Positions 39,030 to 49,344 are shown, counted from the first letter of the stretch. The stretch is 64,000 bases of DNA from Candidatus Woesearchaeota archaeon (GCA_964612685.1 CAZTCF010000002.1:212-64211); one strand, 5' to 3'. Made by a program: numbers and translations. Notes: generated by a model not told the origin, from the sequence alone.

Positions 39030-39977
39030 ATGATTAAAATTTTTTCTATGTCAAGGGGGAAATTAACCGAAATAAATCCAAAAGAAATAAAGAATGATAA
39101 AAGAACCCAATACTGGATAGACTTAGCATATTCAAATATAGAAGAAATAAAAATAATAAAAGAGATATTTGAAATACACCCTGCTACAGAAGAAGATATT
39201 CTTTCGAACCAAACAAGAACAAAATATGAGGAATTTGAAGAAAATACTGCAGTTATTATACATAGCATAAAGGGACTTGAAGCAACAAACATAAAGACAT
39301 ACAACCTTTCCTTTATACTTGGAGAGAATTATCTTATAACCTCTCACCTAGAAATAAACGAGAACATAGATTCTCTTATAAATTCCCAAAAAAAACTTGA
39401 AAACCTAATGAAAAGGGGAGCAGACTATATTTTTCATTATCTTTTAGACAAAGAGATAGACAAATGTATTCAAATAAAAAGTATATTATTTGAGCAGTTC
39501 AAACAATTAGAAAGAGATTTCATAAACAATCCAGAAAAAGAAGTACTTGAAGACCTATTTGAAAAAGAACTTACCATCTTGGAAATGAGACAGGTAATGG
39601 AATCCCTTACAGACTTATGTCTTAGTCTTACAAAACCAACAGATAACTATCTGGATAACGAACTTCTCCCATATTTCAGAGATATTTATGATCATTCCTT
39701 TAGAACGACTGAATCTCTCAAAAGTATGCTTGGAAGAATAAATGGTATGAGAAATGCATACCAAACAATAACCTCAAACAGACTTAACGAAACAATGAAA
39801 ATTCTTACTATGATAATGGCAATAATGATGCCAATTACAATAATAACTGGATTTTATGGGATGAATGTAAAACTCCCTTTTGAAGACAACCCTAATGCTT
39901 GGATTGTTATCCTTGTATCAATGTTATTTGTGTCTGCAATAATGTATTTTGTTTTCAGAAGAATAAAAATAAATTAA
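39030..39977 (+). CDS. corA: CorA family Mg2+ transporter
   Basis: YFRDIYDH, LNETMK, GFYGMN, two C-terminal TMs. Confidence 0.93.
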   Translation: MIKIFSMSRGKLTEINPKEIKNDKRTQYWIDLAYSNIEEIKIIKEIFEIHPATEEDILSNQTRTKYEEFEENTAVIIHSIKGLEATNIKTYNLSFILGENYLITSHLEINENIDSLINSQKKLENLMKRGADYIFHYLLDKEIDKCIQIKSILFEQFKQLERDFINNPEKEVLEDLFEKELTILEMRQVMESLTDLCLSLTKPTDNYLDNELLPYFRDIYDHSFRTTESLKSMLGRINGMRNAYQTITSNRLNETMKILTMIMAIMMPITIITGFYGMNVKLPFEDNPNAWIVILVSMLFVSAIMYFVFRRIKIN

Positions 39978-39979
39978 AA

Positions 39980-40079
39980 TAGCCCCACCAGGATTCGAAC
40001 CTGGGTCCCGGCCTCTCTTCATCTTATCTATTTTCAAGATACCAAAGGGCCGTATACTTGACCACTGTACTATGGGGCT
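39980..40079 (-). tRNA. tRNA-Gln(TTG) with a 27-nt intron (40015-40041) at 37/38
   Basis: AGCCCCA/TGGGGCT-A, arm CGGCC-CTTTGG|A-GGCCG, GGTTCGAATCC; bulge-helix-bulge CTTT/GAAG with ATCTT/AAGAT. Confidence 0.94.
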
Positions 40080-40138
40080 AAAGCATTATAGAAAAACAAA
40101 CTTCAAGTAATTTAAAAGGTTTTTGAATGAATATCAAG

Positions 40139-40933
40139 TTATCCAAAAACCCTTTCATAAAATATTTCTCTGTTAATATCCTGCCTCTTAGGAGAAACCC
40201 ATCTTATAACATTCCTAAACCTTACTGGCTTATATTTCTCACCTATTAACGACGCAGCCAACTTTTTATACTCCTCACTAGCTTCAGAACGTGGTTTATA
40301 TTCCACAGATGGCTTAAAATTAGAAAGTGCCCTCAAAAAATCAACATCATGAGGGATAACTGCCATAACCGGGATCTCAAGGGTTGCTTCAACATGTGCT
40401 AAAGGTATTTCAAAGTTCTTATGATGAACCTTATTCAATATTAAACCTGAAATGGGGGTTCCTCTCTGCTTAGCTAGCTTAAGAGCCTTAAGAGTTGTGC
40501 TCAATGTTGGATGATCCGGAGTAGTAACGACTAAAATCTCATCAGAAGCAATCATTGCACTAAGAGTCTCGTTGTCCAAAGAAGGGGAAGAATCAATAAG
40601 AATATAATCATAACTCCTCTTTAGATACCTAAGTTTCTCCTTCATAGAAAATAAATTAGCTTTATAATCTTGGAATATAGAAGCTGGCATTATATCAAAA
40701 TTAGCTAGTTTGTATATAGCCTCAGAAGGATTTGCCTTTTTCTCAAGAACATCTTGTAAAGATATTTCGGGCTCAACAACTTCTAGATGGAGTCCAAGAT
40801 TAGGAGAGGAAATATTTCCATCCACCAATAAAACCTTTTTTCCAAAACTTGCAATTGCAGAACCAAGAGAAACAACCGCAGTTGTCTTCCCAACACCCCC
40901 TTTTAAGGAAACAATCCCTATTGATACACCCAT
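40139..40933 (-). CDS. minD: MinD/ParA family ATPase
   Basis: KGGVGKTT, LIDSSP, GLILNK. Confidence 0.88.
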   Translation of the reverse strand: MGVSIGIVSLKGGVGKTTAVVSLGSAIASFGKKVLLVDGNISSPNLGLHLEVVEPEISLQDVLEKKANPSEAIYKLANFDIMPASIFQDYKANLFSMKEKLRYLKRSYDYILIDSSPSLDNETLSAMIASDEILVVTTPDHPTLSTTLKALKLAKQRGTPISGLILNKVHHKNFEIPLAHVEATLEIPVMAVIPHDVDFLRALSNFKPSVEYKPRSEASEEYKKLAASLIGEKYKPVRFRNVIRWVSPKRQDINREIFYERVFG

Positions 40934-41025
40934 ATCCTATAAAATAAATATTGGTTTAAATAACTTTCACTAATCCTCCAAAAGAGAACAACAAGCTTTA
41001 AAAAACCTTTTTACGAAATACTAAG

Positions 41026-41373
41026 ATGCCAAAAAAGTCAGAAAAAAAGCAAGAAGAAGGAAAAGAAGAAAAGAAGTTAAGTCTAGAAGAGTATGAAAAG
41101 AAGGTTATAGAGCTTGCAAACAAAGGTCTAACTTCCGAAAAAATAGGGGAAGAGTTAAGAAAAAAAGGAATACATCCTAAGGAATATGAAAAAAAGATAT
41201 CAAAAATACTCAAAGATAAATATGTCAGCCCAGATTTGAAAAACACAGAAAAAAAGCTTGAAAATATAGAAGAGCATTTAAAGAATAATAAACAAGATAA
41301 AAAAGCAAAAAGAGAGAGAAGTAGAATATTCTCGCAAGTTAGAAAGATCAAGAAGTACCTGAAAAAATTATAA
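41026..41373 (+). CDS. rps15: 30S ribosomal protein uS15 (archaeal, shortened)
   Basis: GLTSEKIG..LR, EHLKNNKQDKKAKR; precedes the DHH gene as is usual in archaea. Confidence 0.85.
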   Translation: MPKKSEKKQEEGKEEKKLSLEEYEKKVIELANKGLTSEKIGEELRKKGIHPKEYEKKISKILKDKYVSPDLKNTEKKLENIEEHLKNNKQDKKAKRERSRIFSQVRKIKKYLKKL

Positions 41374-41391
41374 AACCTTCTTAAATTAAAA

Positions 41392-42738
41392 ATGAGAAAA
41401 GAGGACGAAATTTTAGAAAAAGAAATAAAATTATTTGCTGAAGAATTTATCAAAAAATTGGACAATAAAGAGGCATATATTATAAGCCATTTCGATACAG
41501 ATGGGATAACTTCTGCAAGCATAATGGTAGCAACCCTAAAAAAGTTAGATAAAAAATTCTCTCTAAGAATAGTAAAAAGCCTTGATGAGAAATTTATAAA
41601 CAATCTTCCTAAGGACAAAATGATTGTTTTCTTGGATTTAGCATCAGGAAGTCTCAATCATATAAAAAATGCAAAACTCAAAGATGTTTTCATAATAGAC
41701 CATCATGAAATAACCCAAGAAATACCAGAAAATGTAAAAATAATAAATACTCAATTGTTAAACAAACAAAAAATAAGTGCCTCGGGGTTAACTTATCTTT
41801 TCTCTAAACAAATAAATCCAGAAACAAAAGAACTTTCAAAGCTTGCAATACTTGGGATGATTGGAGATTGTCTTGAAAAAGAAATTGATTCTCTAAACAA
41901 TGGGATTCTTGAAGAAAGCGGAATCCAAAGAAAAAGAGGACTTCTTATTTATCCCTCAACAAGACCTGTAAATAGAGTTTTAGAATATTCTTCTCACCCA
42001 TATATTCCGGAAGTAACCGGGAATATGAAAGGGGTTCTAGAGTTGCTAAGAGAAACAGGACTAACCCCTGAGAAAGGAAAATACAAGAGTTTAATAGAAT
42101 TAGACGAAGGAGAGATGAAAAGCTTAACAACAGCAATTTTATTAAGAAATCCAAAAATAAAGACCAAGGAGCTAGTTGGAGATATATTTCTCATAAAAAT
42201 GTTCAACAAAATAGAAGATGCAAGAGATTTAAGTGCAGTAATAAATGCCTGTTCACGTTCTGGAAAGCCTGAATTGGCCATACAATATTGTCTTGAAATA
42301 TCCTCCTCAAAAAAAGATGTTGAATTAACGCACATTAAATATAAGCAAAACATAGTAACTGGATTAAATTTTGCATATGAAACAGAAAAAATAGAAGGAA
42401 AAGGATTTGTAATAATAAATGCTCAAGAAAACATAAAAGATACAATGATAGGAACCATAGCAAGCATAATATCTAACTCTTCTATTTATGAAGAGGGAAC
42501 AATAATAATAACAATGGCATATTATGATGATAAAATAAAAGTTTCTGCAAGAACTGTAGGAAAAAAAGGAAGGAACTTAAGAGAACTTCTTGAAAGAATA
42601 GTCAACCAAACAGATGGGGAAGTTGGAGGACATGAACATGCTGCAGGATGTTTGATTCACAAAACAAAAGAAAAAGAATTTCTTGATTTGCTTAAAAAAA
42701 ACCTAGAGATAGAAGTAATAAAAATAAGAGATAACTAA
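41392..42738 (+). CDS. DHH family phosphoesterase (RecJ/GAN-like)
   Basis: HFDTDG, IDHH, GGHEHAAG. Confidence 0.9.
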   Translation: MRKEDEILEKEIKLFAEEFIKKLDNKEAYIISHFDTDGITSASIMVATLKKLDKKFSLRIVKSLDEKFINNLPKDKMIVFLDLASGSLNHIKNAKLKDVFIIDHHEITQEIPENVKIINTQLLNKQKISASGLTYLFSKQINPETKELSKLAILGMIGDCLEKEIDSLNNGILEESGIQRKRGLLIYPSTRPVNRVLEYSSHPYIPEVTGNMKGVLELLRETGLTPEKGKYKSLIELDEGEMKSLTTAILLRNPKIKTKELVGDIFLIKMFNKIEDARDLSAVINACSRSGKPELAIQYCLEISSSKKDVELTHIKYKQNIVTGLNFAYETEKIEGKGFVIINAQENIKDTMIGTIASIISNSSIYEEGTIIITMAYYDDKIKVSARTVGKKGRNLRELLERIVNQTDGEVGGHEHAAGCLIHKTKEKEFLDLLKKNLEIEVIKIRDN

Positions 42739-42815
42739 TTCTCGGTAATTATAATAAAAACCAAATCTCAGTAAATCATAACCTTTAAAACCGCATTATT
42801 TCTTGTTAAAATAAG

Positions 42816-43517
42816 ATGGAAGAAGGAGATATGGTTCTTTGCACAGTAGATAGAATATCTGGGACAGTTGTATTTGTAAAAATAGAGGGGGAAGAAAGAG
42901 AAGGTAGCATTATACTAAGCGAAATTGCCCCTGGAAGAATAAGGAACCTAAGAGAATATGTTATCCCTAAGAAAAAGATAGTTTGTAAAGTCCTCAAAAG
43001 CTCAGGAGGAACAATCAGCCTATCTCTTAGAAGAGTTACTCCAAAAGAAAGAAAAGAAGTAATGGATGAATATAATCAGGAAAGAAGTTATATGAGCATT
43101 TTAAGAAGTGTTCTAGGAGAAAAAGCCAATAAAGTCATATCTGAAATAACTCAAGAAGACAGATTATACAAATTCTTTGAAGAATCAAGAACCGATTCAA
43201 AAAAACTTGAAAACCTAATAGGAAAAGAAGACACAAAAAAAGTATTGGATATCATCCTTGAGCAAAAGAAAAAAAAGATAATAATCAAGAGAACAATATA
43301 CTTAAAAACTCAGGAACCTAATGGAATATATACGTTAAAGGACATTTTACACTCTCCAAAAGACATAGAGATAAAATATATCTCTGCGGGAAAATATTCC
43401 CTTAAAATAGAAACAGAAGATGGAAAAAAAGGAGAACAGAAGCTAAAAGTGTTCTTAGACGAAATAGAAAAAAAAGCCAAAGAAGCAGGAGTGCAATTTG
43501 AGGTAAAGGAAAAGTAA
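42816..43517 (+). CDS. eif2a: Translation initiation factor aIF2 alpha
   Basis: S1 domain, SEIAPGRIRN, VCKVL, SLSLRRV. Confidence 0.9.
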   Translation: MEEGDMVLCTVDRISGTVVFVKIEGEEREGSIILSEIAPGRIRNLREYVIPKKKIVCKVLKSSGGTISLSLRRVTPKERKEVMDEYNQERSYMSILRSVLGEKANKVISEITQEDRLYKFFEESRTDSKKLENLIGKEDTKKVLDIILEQKKKKIIIKRTIYLKTQEPNGIYTLKDILHSPKDIEIKYISAGKYSLKIETEDGKKGEQKLKVFLDEIEKKAKEAGVQFEVKEK

Positions 43518-43518
43518 A

Positions 43519-43908
43519 ATGACAGAAAAATTCAAGGTTAAAATTATAGGAATTATGTTTAATCCTAGTGCAAGAAAAATTCTAGTAGGAAGAAATAATG
43601 GAGATAAGCATATGAGTTTTCTTGAAGGGGAGCTAAAATATAACGAAGAGCTTGATGTTGGATTAAAAAGAGTTGCTAAGGAAAAAACAGGATATAAAGT
43701 GCATAATCTGGGGGCAGTTTATGCAGAAAATAAACTAAAGGCAAAAGATGAATTAAGATTATATTTCCTATGTGAAGCGACTGAAGGAAAAGAAAAACCG
43801 GGAAAGAATGTAAAAGAATTGAAATGGATTTCTCCAAAAGAAATAGAAAAACACATAAAACAAAAACTCCCAACCAGATTAAGGGGATATGTCTTTAATT
43901 TAGGATGA
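43519..43908 (+). CDS. NUDIX-fold protein with degenerate Nudix box
   Basis: GELKYNEELDVGLKRVAKEKTG, ELKWI. Confidence 0.75.
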   Translation: MTEKFKVKIIGIMFNPSARKILVGRNNGDKHMSFLEGELKYNEELDVGLKRVAKEKTGYKVHNLGAVYAENKLKAKDELRLYFLCEATEGKEKPGKNVKELKWISPKEIEKHIKQKLPTRLRGYVFNLG

Positions 43909-44057
43909 AACTTAAGTTTTACATTAGTTCTGAAGAGAAAAAAATTTATACATTAAAAGATAATTTTGAAAAAAAGAATACTCTTGATGCCCATTATAAA
44001 TTTATAAAAATACGAGACGCCCCAACAAACAATAATAATATCTCTCCAAGAAGATAG
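43905..44057 (+). CDS. nop10: Nop10-like protein (50 aa, no zinc-ribbon cysteines)
   Basis: MKLKFYISSEEKKIYTLKDNFEKKNTLDAHYKFIKIRDAP...; YTLK..AH motif, ATGA overlap, downstream of aIF2-alpha. Confidence 0.65.
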   Translation: MKLKFYISSEEKKIYTLKDNFEKKNTLDAHYKFIKIRDAPTNNNNISPRR

Positions 44058-44113
44058 AAATATACATTTAGACACAACAATTTTTATAAACAATTTTTAC
44101 AAACCTATAATGT

Positions 44114-44410
44114 ATGGGAAAAATAGAGGTGTATAAAAGAGATTATGAAAAATCAAATGAAGAAGATTATTATAATTTGATTGGAAAAATAAAAAAGAAT
44201 TCATTCATAGGTATGCCCTCAGAAAGAGAATTTCTGACATTTGACGGAGATTTCCTATTAAAAATATCAATGGAGATGTCAAAAAATTACTCGTCAGATA
44301 ATAGACAAGCAAGAATAATGGTTGAAAAAGTAGGTCCAAATACTGAAAAAAATTCAGAAATAGAAAACCTCCTTATAGAAAAAGGATTCAAAAAAGAATC
44401 AAAAAATTAA
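44114..44410 (+). CDS. Hypothetical protein
   Basis: 98-aa ORF with own TATA-like element. Confidence 0.65.
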   Translation: MGKIEVYKRDYEKSNEEDYYNLIGKIKKNSFIGMPSEREFLTFDGDFLLKISMEMSKNYSSDNRQARIMVEKVGPNTEKNSEIENLLIEKGFKKESKN

Positions 44411-44413
44411 TTA

Positions 44414-45001
44414 TCAAAACAATTTAGCTTGATTTTCTTTAACTTCTTTCTTAACAATCTCCATGTCTTTTTCCCACAAGGGGATTAAATCTCGCTTATA
44501 TATTATGGCAGCGGGATGAAAAAGAGGTATGAGTTTTATTTTAATTCCCCCAATATCAACAAATCTAATATTCCCATGTAATGAAGTGATCCCTGGCTGC
44601 TTATCCATATTATCAACATCCCCTCCAGATAAAAAGAATTTAGTTGCATAATTTCCAAGAGAACATATAACCTTAGGTTTTATCTGTTTTATTTGTTCCA
44701 TCAACCAGGGAGTATGTGCTCTTATTTCCTCTGGAAGAGGATCTCTATTTTCAGGAGGACGGCATTTGAGAATATTTGCAATGTAAATATCCTCCAAACT
44801 TAAACCAACTTTAAACAAAAGTTCGTCAAGATTCTTTCCTGCTCTACCAACAAAAGGCAATCCTTGCTCATCTTCATTTTTACCTGGAGCTTCTCCCACA
44901 AATAAAATATCTGCATTAAGATTCCCTTTTCCAACAACAATATTCTTGCAATTCTTACATATCTCTGTCTCTTTTACAAGAGCTATATACTCTGGTTCCA
45001 T
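44414..45001 (-). CDS. udg: Uracil-DNA glycosylase family 4
   Basis: CKNC, VGEAPG, PFVGRAG, KCRPPENRDP, FHPAA. Confidence 0.93.
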   Translation of the reverse strand: MEPEYIALVKETEICKNCKNIVVGKGNLNADILFVGEAPGKNEDEQGLPFVGRAGKNLDELLFKVGLSLEDIYIANILKCRPPENRDPLPEEIRAHTPWLMEQIKQIKPKVICSLGNYATKFFLSGGDVDNMDKQPGITSLHGNIRFVDIGGIKIKLIPLFHPAAIIYKRDLIPLWEKDMEIVKKEVKENQAKLF

Positions 45002-45054
45002 ACTATAAAAAACAAACAAAACTTTTTAAACTATATTGTGAAAATATAATTACG

Positions 45055-45507
45055 ATGACAGATGAAAAAGTTTTAGTTTTAATAAAGCCAGATGCAATGG
45101 CAAGAAAATTGTTCGGAATAATTATTTACGATTTAGCACATTTAGATTTAAAGATGATAGGATTAAAGCTTGTAAATGTACAAAAACACCTTGCAGAAAA
45201 GCATTATGAAGTACACAGAGAAAAACCATTCTATCCTGATTTATTAAAGTATATAATGGGAGAATTCCATAATATCCACTCAATTATTGCAATAGCATAC
45301 CAAGGAGAAGATGCAATAAAAAAACTAAGAGAATATGCTGGAAAAACAAACCCAGACGATGCAGATCCCTCAACCCTAAGAGGAAAGTATGGAAAAGTAA
45401 ACTCCAAAACAAATAATTTTGATAATGTTATGCATATTTCAGATTCTCCTGAAAACGGAGAAAAAGAAATTTCAATATGGTTTTCTAAGGAAGAAATAAT
45501 TGAATAA
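45055..45507 (+). CDS. ndk: Nucleoside diphosphate kinase
   Basis: IKPDA, HY..H..KPF, TLRG, NVMHISDS. Confidence 0.94.
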   Translation: MTDEKVLVLIKPDAMARKLFGIIIYDLAHLDLKMIGLKLVNVQKHLAEKHYEVHREKPFYPDLLKYIMGEFHNIHSIIAIAYQGEDAIKKLREYAGKTNPDDADPSTLRGKYGKVNSKTNNFDNVMHISDSPENGEKEISIWFSKEEIIE

Positions 45508-45508
45508 A

Positions 45509-45694
45509 TTACTCTTCAACCTTCTTTTCTAAATCATTTCCTTTATCTTTTTCCAAATCTTTAAAACAATACTTTTTCCCAAGATAAAAAATTGCACTAA
45601 CAGATAAAGCAGCCGTAGCTATAACTGCTAATCCTGCATAAACTGAATTATCTACAGAAGATAAATTTGAATAAATTTCATTAAAGTCTATCAT
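45509..45694 (-). CDS. Small single-pass membrane protein
   Basis: One hydrophobic helix, charged tail. Confidence 0.6.
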   Translation of the reverse strand: MIDFNEIYSNLSSVDNSVYAGLAVIATAALSVSAIFYLGKKYCFKDLEKDKGNDLEKKVEE

Positions 45695-45757
45695 TTTTTA
45701 TCTTCAATGTAATTTCAGTAATTTTTAAATATATGCCTCTAATTTAATTAATTAGAA

Positions 45758-46045
45758 TTATTTTTTAAATGAGATAAATTTACCTTGATATCTTTCTTCA
45801 AACAAATGCATTTCTTCTCTTTTAATAATAGGATTCCAACCCTTTATCACACCCGTATCTCCTTTTTTTATTAAAGGATTTTCAGAAATAAATAAACCTT
45901 CTAATGAAGAGATAATCCTATTTGATAATGTATCAACATAAACAACTACATCGTAATTATCTTCATCTTTAGGAAAATTAGTTCTTTCATCCTCATAAAA
46001 TTTACCATAAATATAAATATTTTTTTCCAAACTTATTTTTACCAT
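45758..46045 (-). CDS. Hypothetical protein
   Basis: 95-aa ORF co-oriented downstream of radA. Confidence 0.6.
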   Translation of the reverse strand: MVKISLEKNIYIYGKFYEDERTNFPKDEDNYDVVVYVDTLSNRIISSLEGLFISENPLIKKGDTGVIKGWNPIIKREEMHLFEERYQGKFISFKK

Positions 46046-46050
46046 TTTAT

Positions 46051-46290
46051 TTACAATTCTCTCTTTCCACTTAAATTAAGTAATGCGTCTGTATTATTTA
46101 ACACTTGAATTAATGCGCAATCTTTTCTATCCGTGTCTCTCTTAGCACTACTAAGAATATTTATTGCTCTACAAGAATAACCATCCACAGAACCTCTTAT
46201 AATCAAACTATATTCTGCAGAAGTATTCTTTAAATAATCGTTATAAATCTTACATTCTTTTTCTAATGGACAAAATAAATCTTTAGGCAT
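46051..46290 (-). CDS. Hypothetical 4-Cys protein
   Basis: MPKDLFCPLEKEC...C...C, ATG right after the radA stop. Confidence 0.6.
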   Translation of the reverse strand: MPKDLFCPLEKECKIYNDYLKNTSAEYSLIIRGSVDGYSCRAINILSSAKRDTDRKDCALIQVLNNTDALLNLSGKREL

Positions 46291-46291
46291 T

Positions 46292-47320
46292 TTACTCCTC
46301 CTTATCACTTACACCACCAGCAGTTACATAATAAATAGTTTCATTGTCAGGCAAATTTGGACTATCTATTAATTTCGCAACTCTCGAACCTTGTTTTCCT
46401 CTTCTTAAATATAATCTGTAAGTTGAAGCATGCCCAACTATATTCCCTCCAATAGCAGTTGTTGGATCCCCAAACATCTGCGCAGGATTTGCCATAACCT
46501 GATTAGTTACATAAACTGCAAGATTGTACGTTTCAGCCAACTTCATTAAATCATGCATATACCTATTCAATTTCTGCTGTCTATCCGCTAACTGCCCTCT
46601 TCCTGCAAATTCTGCTCTAAAATGGGCTGTAAGTGAATCAACAATAAGAAGTTTTATTGGCTCTCCCCCTTTAACCATTTCTGTAACTTTCTCTAAAAGC
46701 AACATCTGATGATCAGAATTAAATGCTCTTGCAACAAAAATATTTTTAAGGGCTTTTTCAGGATTTGCTCCCAAAGCTTCTACAATCTGCTTTATTCTTG
46801 CTGGCCTGAAAGTCCCTTCTGTATCAATAAAAACTGCTTTACCATTTGCACCACCCTGCTCAACTGGCAACTGAACTCTAACAGCTAAAGTCAACCCCAG
46901 CTGAGTCTTACCAGAACCATAAGCCCCAAAAGCTTCTGTAATGGATCTGCTTTCAATTCCTCTTCCTCCCAAAAGTTCATCAAAATTTTTGCTTCCTGTT
47001 GTTATATATGAAACATTAGACCTTCTCTGAGCATATTCAACCCCATCCTGGAACCCTAAATCGAGCATCTCACGTGCAGCCTGTATAGCTTTCCTAGCAA
47101 CAGCAGGACTTACACCAGAGATATCTGAAATTGTTGCAGGACTTGATACTGCTAAGGACATTAAATCAAAAATCCCTGCCCCCTCTAATTTTGCAGCAAC
47201 AGCCGGCCCTATTCCAGGCAAGTCCATTAATCCTAACTCTTTATCTCCCTTCTTTTTAGATTTCTTTTCTTCTTTCTCCTCTTTTTCCTCTTCTTCCATC
47301 TCGTCTTTCTTTAATGCCAT
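46292..47320 (-). CDS. radA: DNA recombinase RadA
   Basis: LPGIGP, GAYGSGKTQ, IDTEGTFRP, LADRQQKLN, TNQV. Confidence 0.97.
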   Translation of the reverse strand: MALKKDEMEEEEKEEKEEKKSKKKGDKELGLMDLPGIGPAVAAKLEGAGIFDLMSLAVSSPATISDISGVSPAVARKAIQAAREMLDLGFQDGVEYAQRRSNVSYITTGSKNFDELLGGRGIESRSITEAFGAYGSGKTQLGLTLAVRVQLPVEQGGANGKAVFIDTEGTFRPARIKQIVEALGANPEKALKNIFVARAFNSDHQMLLLEKVTEMVKGGEPIKLLIVDSLTAHFRAEFAGRGQLADRQQKLNRYMHDLMKLAETYNLAVYVTNQVMANPAQMFGDPTTAIGGNIVGHASTYRLYLRRGKQGSRVAKLIDSPNLPDNETIYYVTAGGVSDKEE

Positions 47321-47385
47321 ATTAACTCAAAACTCACCCTCTTTATAAAGATTATTTGAGTAACAAATATATATTAGAAAACTGC

Positions 47386-48318
47386 TCAATTCTTCTCTAG
47401 CTTAGCAATAAGTTCATCTAAATCAACTTCCTTTACAGAATCAACTATAAACTCTTCATTATTAAAAAAATTATTTTTTCTAACGTTACCTGAAAAAATC
47501 ATCTCTTTACCCAAGATACCCTCAATTTGTAAAGATAATCTCTCTGGATTGTCCAAATCTCTTAAACCTAACGAAGAAAGATTCTCGTTAAATAAAACGC
47601 TTCTAATTGATTCGGTTCCATCATCTATAACCAAGTTTATAAGTGCTCTTTTGTCTGTAGGTGCCCCCCTTGCCTTTTCATCTTCGGTTAGTTTTCTTCC
47701 AGTCTCTTTGCTAACCTCAAAAAACCTTGGTTGAAATGCCTGAACAATAAATGCTCTCACAGATAATTGATCTCCTATTTTAAAACTAGATATGCTCTTT
47801 TCTCTTGAAACTCTCTCTGTTCTAACATCCTCAAATTCTTCTGAGCCCTTCTTGAATTCAGAAAAACTTCCAAGATGCATCTCATTCTCCCTCATAGAAC
47901 CATTAACTATATCCGCCGAATCTCCTTCCTTTATCTCTCCTTTTTCTATTAAAGAAATATGATTCGTATCCCATAACACCACTTTGATATTAGAGGTCTC
48001 ATCCGCAAGAACAAGATTCAAAACTTTCCCCTCTTCTCCCTTCTGGGTTTTAAAAGTTCTTACCGGAGAAAGAGATATAATTTTACCAGAGATATTTATC
48101 TTCCTCATCCCGGGCAAAAGCTCTTCAATCTTTAGTTTTTCATTCTCGAAATTTATACCCAATTCTGCTGCCACTATTTGAGCGGCTCCTTCCTTACTTA
48201 TTAATCCAGAAAGTTTAGCTCTCTTAGCCTCAATCTTTCTATCTACCTCCTCCAATTTAAGCCCAGAATGCTTTGATATCTTCTCAATTATCCTCTCATA
48301 ATTACCCATCGCCATCAA
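47386..48318 (-). CDS. OB-fold ssDNA-binding protein (RPA-like)
   Basis: LADET..IKVVLWD, IDDGTESIR; adjacent to radA. Confidence 0.85.
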   Translation of the reverse strand: MMAMGNYERIIEKISKHSGLKLEEVDRKIEAKRAKLSGLISKEGAAQIVAAELGINFENEKLKIEELLPGMRKINISGKIISLSPVRTFKTQKGEEGKVLNLVLADETSNIKVVLWDTNHISLIEKGEIKEGDSADIVNGSMRENEMHLGSFSEFKKGSEEFEDVRTERVSREKSISSFKIGDQLSVRAFIVQAFQPRFFEVSKETGRKLTEDEKARGAPTDKRALINLVIDDGTESIRSVLFNENLSSLGLRDLDNPERLSLQIEGILGKEMIFSGNVRKNNFFNNEEFIVDSVKEVDLDELIAKLEKN

Positions 48319-48413
48319 ACAAAAAAATTATCATATTTTATAAGTATTGTGATACTTAATTTTATAACAACACTTCTCAAAATATTTATAAACCTGTTTT
48401 TTTACACTAACCT

Positions 48414-48686
48414 ATGGTAGGAATAAACGGAGTAAAATACAAAATTATGCCTGAATCTCCAAGTGTAGATTTAAAAGAAATAGAGAATGCTGCAAGAAAG
48501 ATAGTTGAAGAATTTGGGGGAAATAACAAAGAATATGCTATTGAAGACATTGCATTTGGATTAAAGGCGCTAATAGTATTCTTCTTTTATCCTGATAATA
48601 AAAATATAGACATTATGGAAGAAAAACTTTCAAAAATACCTTATGTTGCATCAGCTCAATTAATAGACATGCGTAAAATTGCATAA
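48414..48686 (+). CDS. ef1b: Elongation factor aEF-1beta
   Basis: KIMPESPSVDL, IAFGLKAL. Confidence 0.93.
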   Translation: MVGINGVKYKIMPESPSVDLKEIENAARKIVEEFGGNNKEYAIEDIAFGLKALIVFFFYPDNKNIDIMEEKLSKIPYVASAQLIDMRKIA

Positions 48687-48717
48687 AACTTATTAACAGG
48701 CTTTTTCTTAAAATATT

Positions 48718-49344
48718 ATGGACATGTCTAAAGAAAAAATTGAAGAACTCAAGAAGCAAATAATCCTTCAGATACAATCAAATTATCCAGAAGATCAGAA
48801 AGAGTATGCAATAAAGAGAATAACCTCGATGAGCGATGATGAGTTTATAGAATTTCTTGAAAAAAATAAACGAACATCTTCAGAAAAAGAAATAGAATCT
48901 GAAAGCCCTTTTAGATTAATCGTATCTGGAAAAATCCCTTCATACAAAATACAAGAAAATAAACTTTGCATTGCAGTACTTGAAATAAACCCCATATCAA
49001 AAGGACACATAATAATAATCCCAAAAAAACCCCTACTCGAATCAGAAAAAATACCAAAAAGTATTTTATCTTTAGCAAACAACATCTCAAAAAGAATACA
49101 ATCAAATCTCAAACCAAAAGAAGTGTTAATTTCTTCAAACAATTCACTTGGAGAAATAATTATGAATATACTTCCAATATATTCCAATGAAAAAATTTCC
49201 TCCCCCAGAAAACAAGCCTCTAAAGAAGAATTAGAAAATTTAAAGAATATTCTTGAAAAGAAAATTGCTCCAAAAAGAGAAAAGAAACCTAAGATAAATA
49301 AAATTGAAGAATCCAAAATGTGGTTTCCAAAAAGAATACCCTAA
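48718..49344 (+). CDS. HIT-fold protein lacking the histidine triad
   Basis: IVSGKIPSYKI, LEINPISKGHIIIIPK; GEIIMNILP in place of HxHxH. Confidence 0.8.
   Translation: MDMSKEKIEELKKQIILQIQSNYPEDQKEYAIKRITSMSDDEFIEFLEKNKRTSSEKEIESESPFRLIVSGKIPSYKIQENKLCIAVLEINPISKGHIIIIPKKPLLESEKIPKSILSLANNISKRIQSNLKPKEVLISSNNSLGEIIMNILPIYSNEKISSPRKQASKEELENLKNILEKKIAPKREKKPKINKIEESKMWFPKRIP

Noticed and set aside
40998..41657. 219-aa minus-strand ORF
   Set aside because: Antisense shadow of rps15 and the DHH gene
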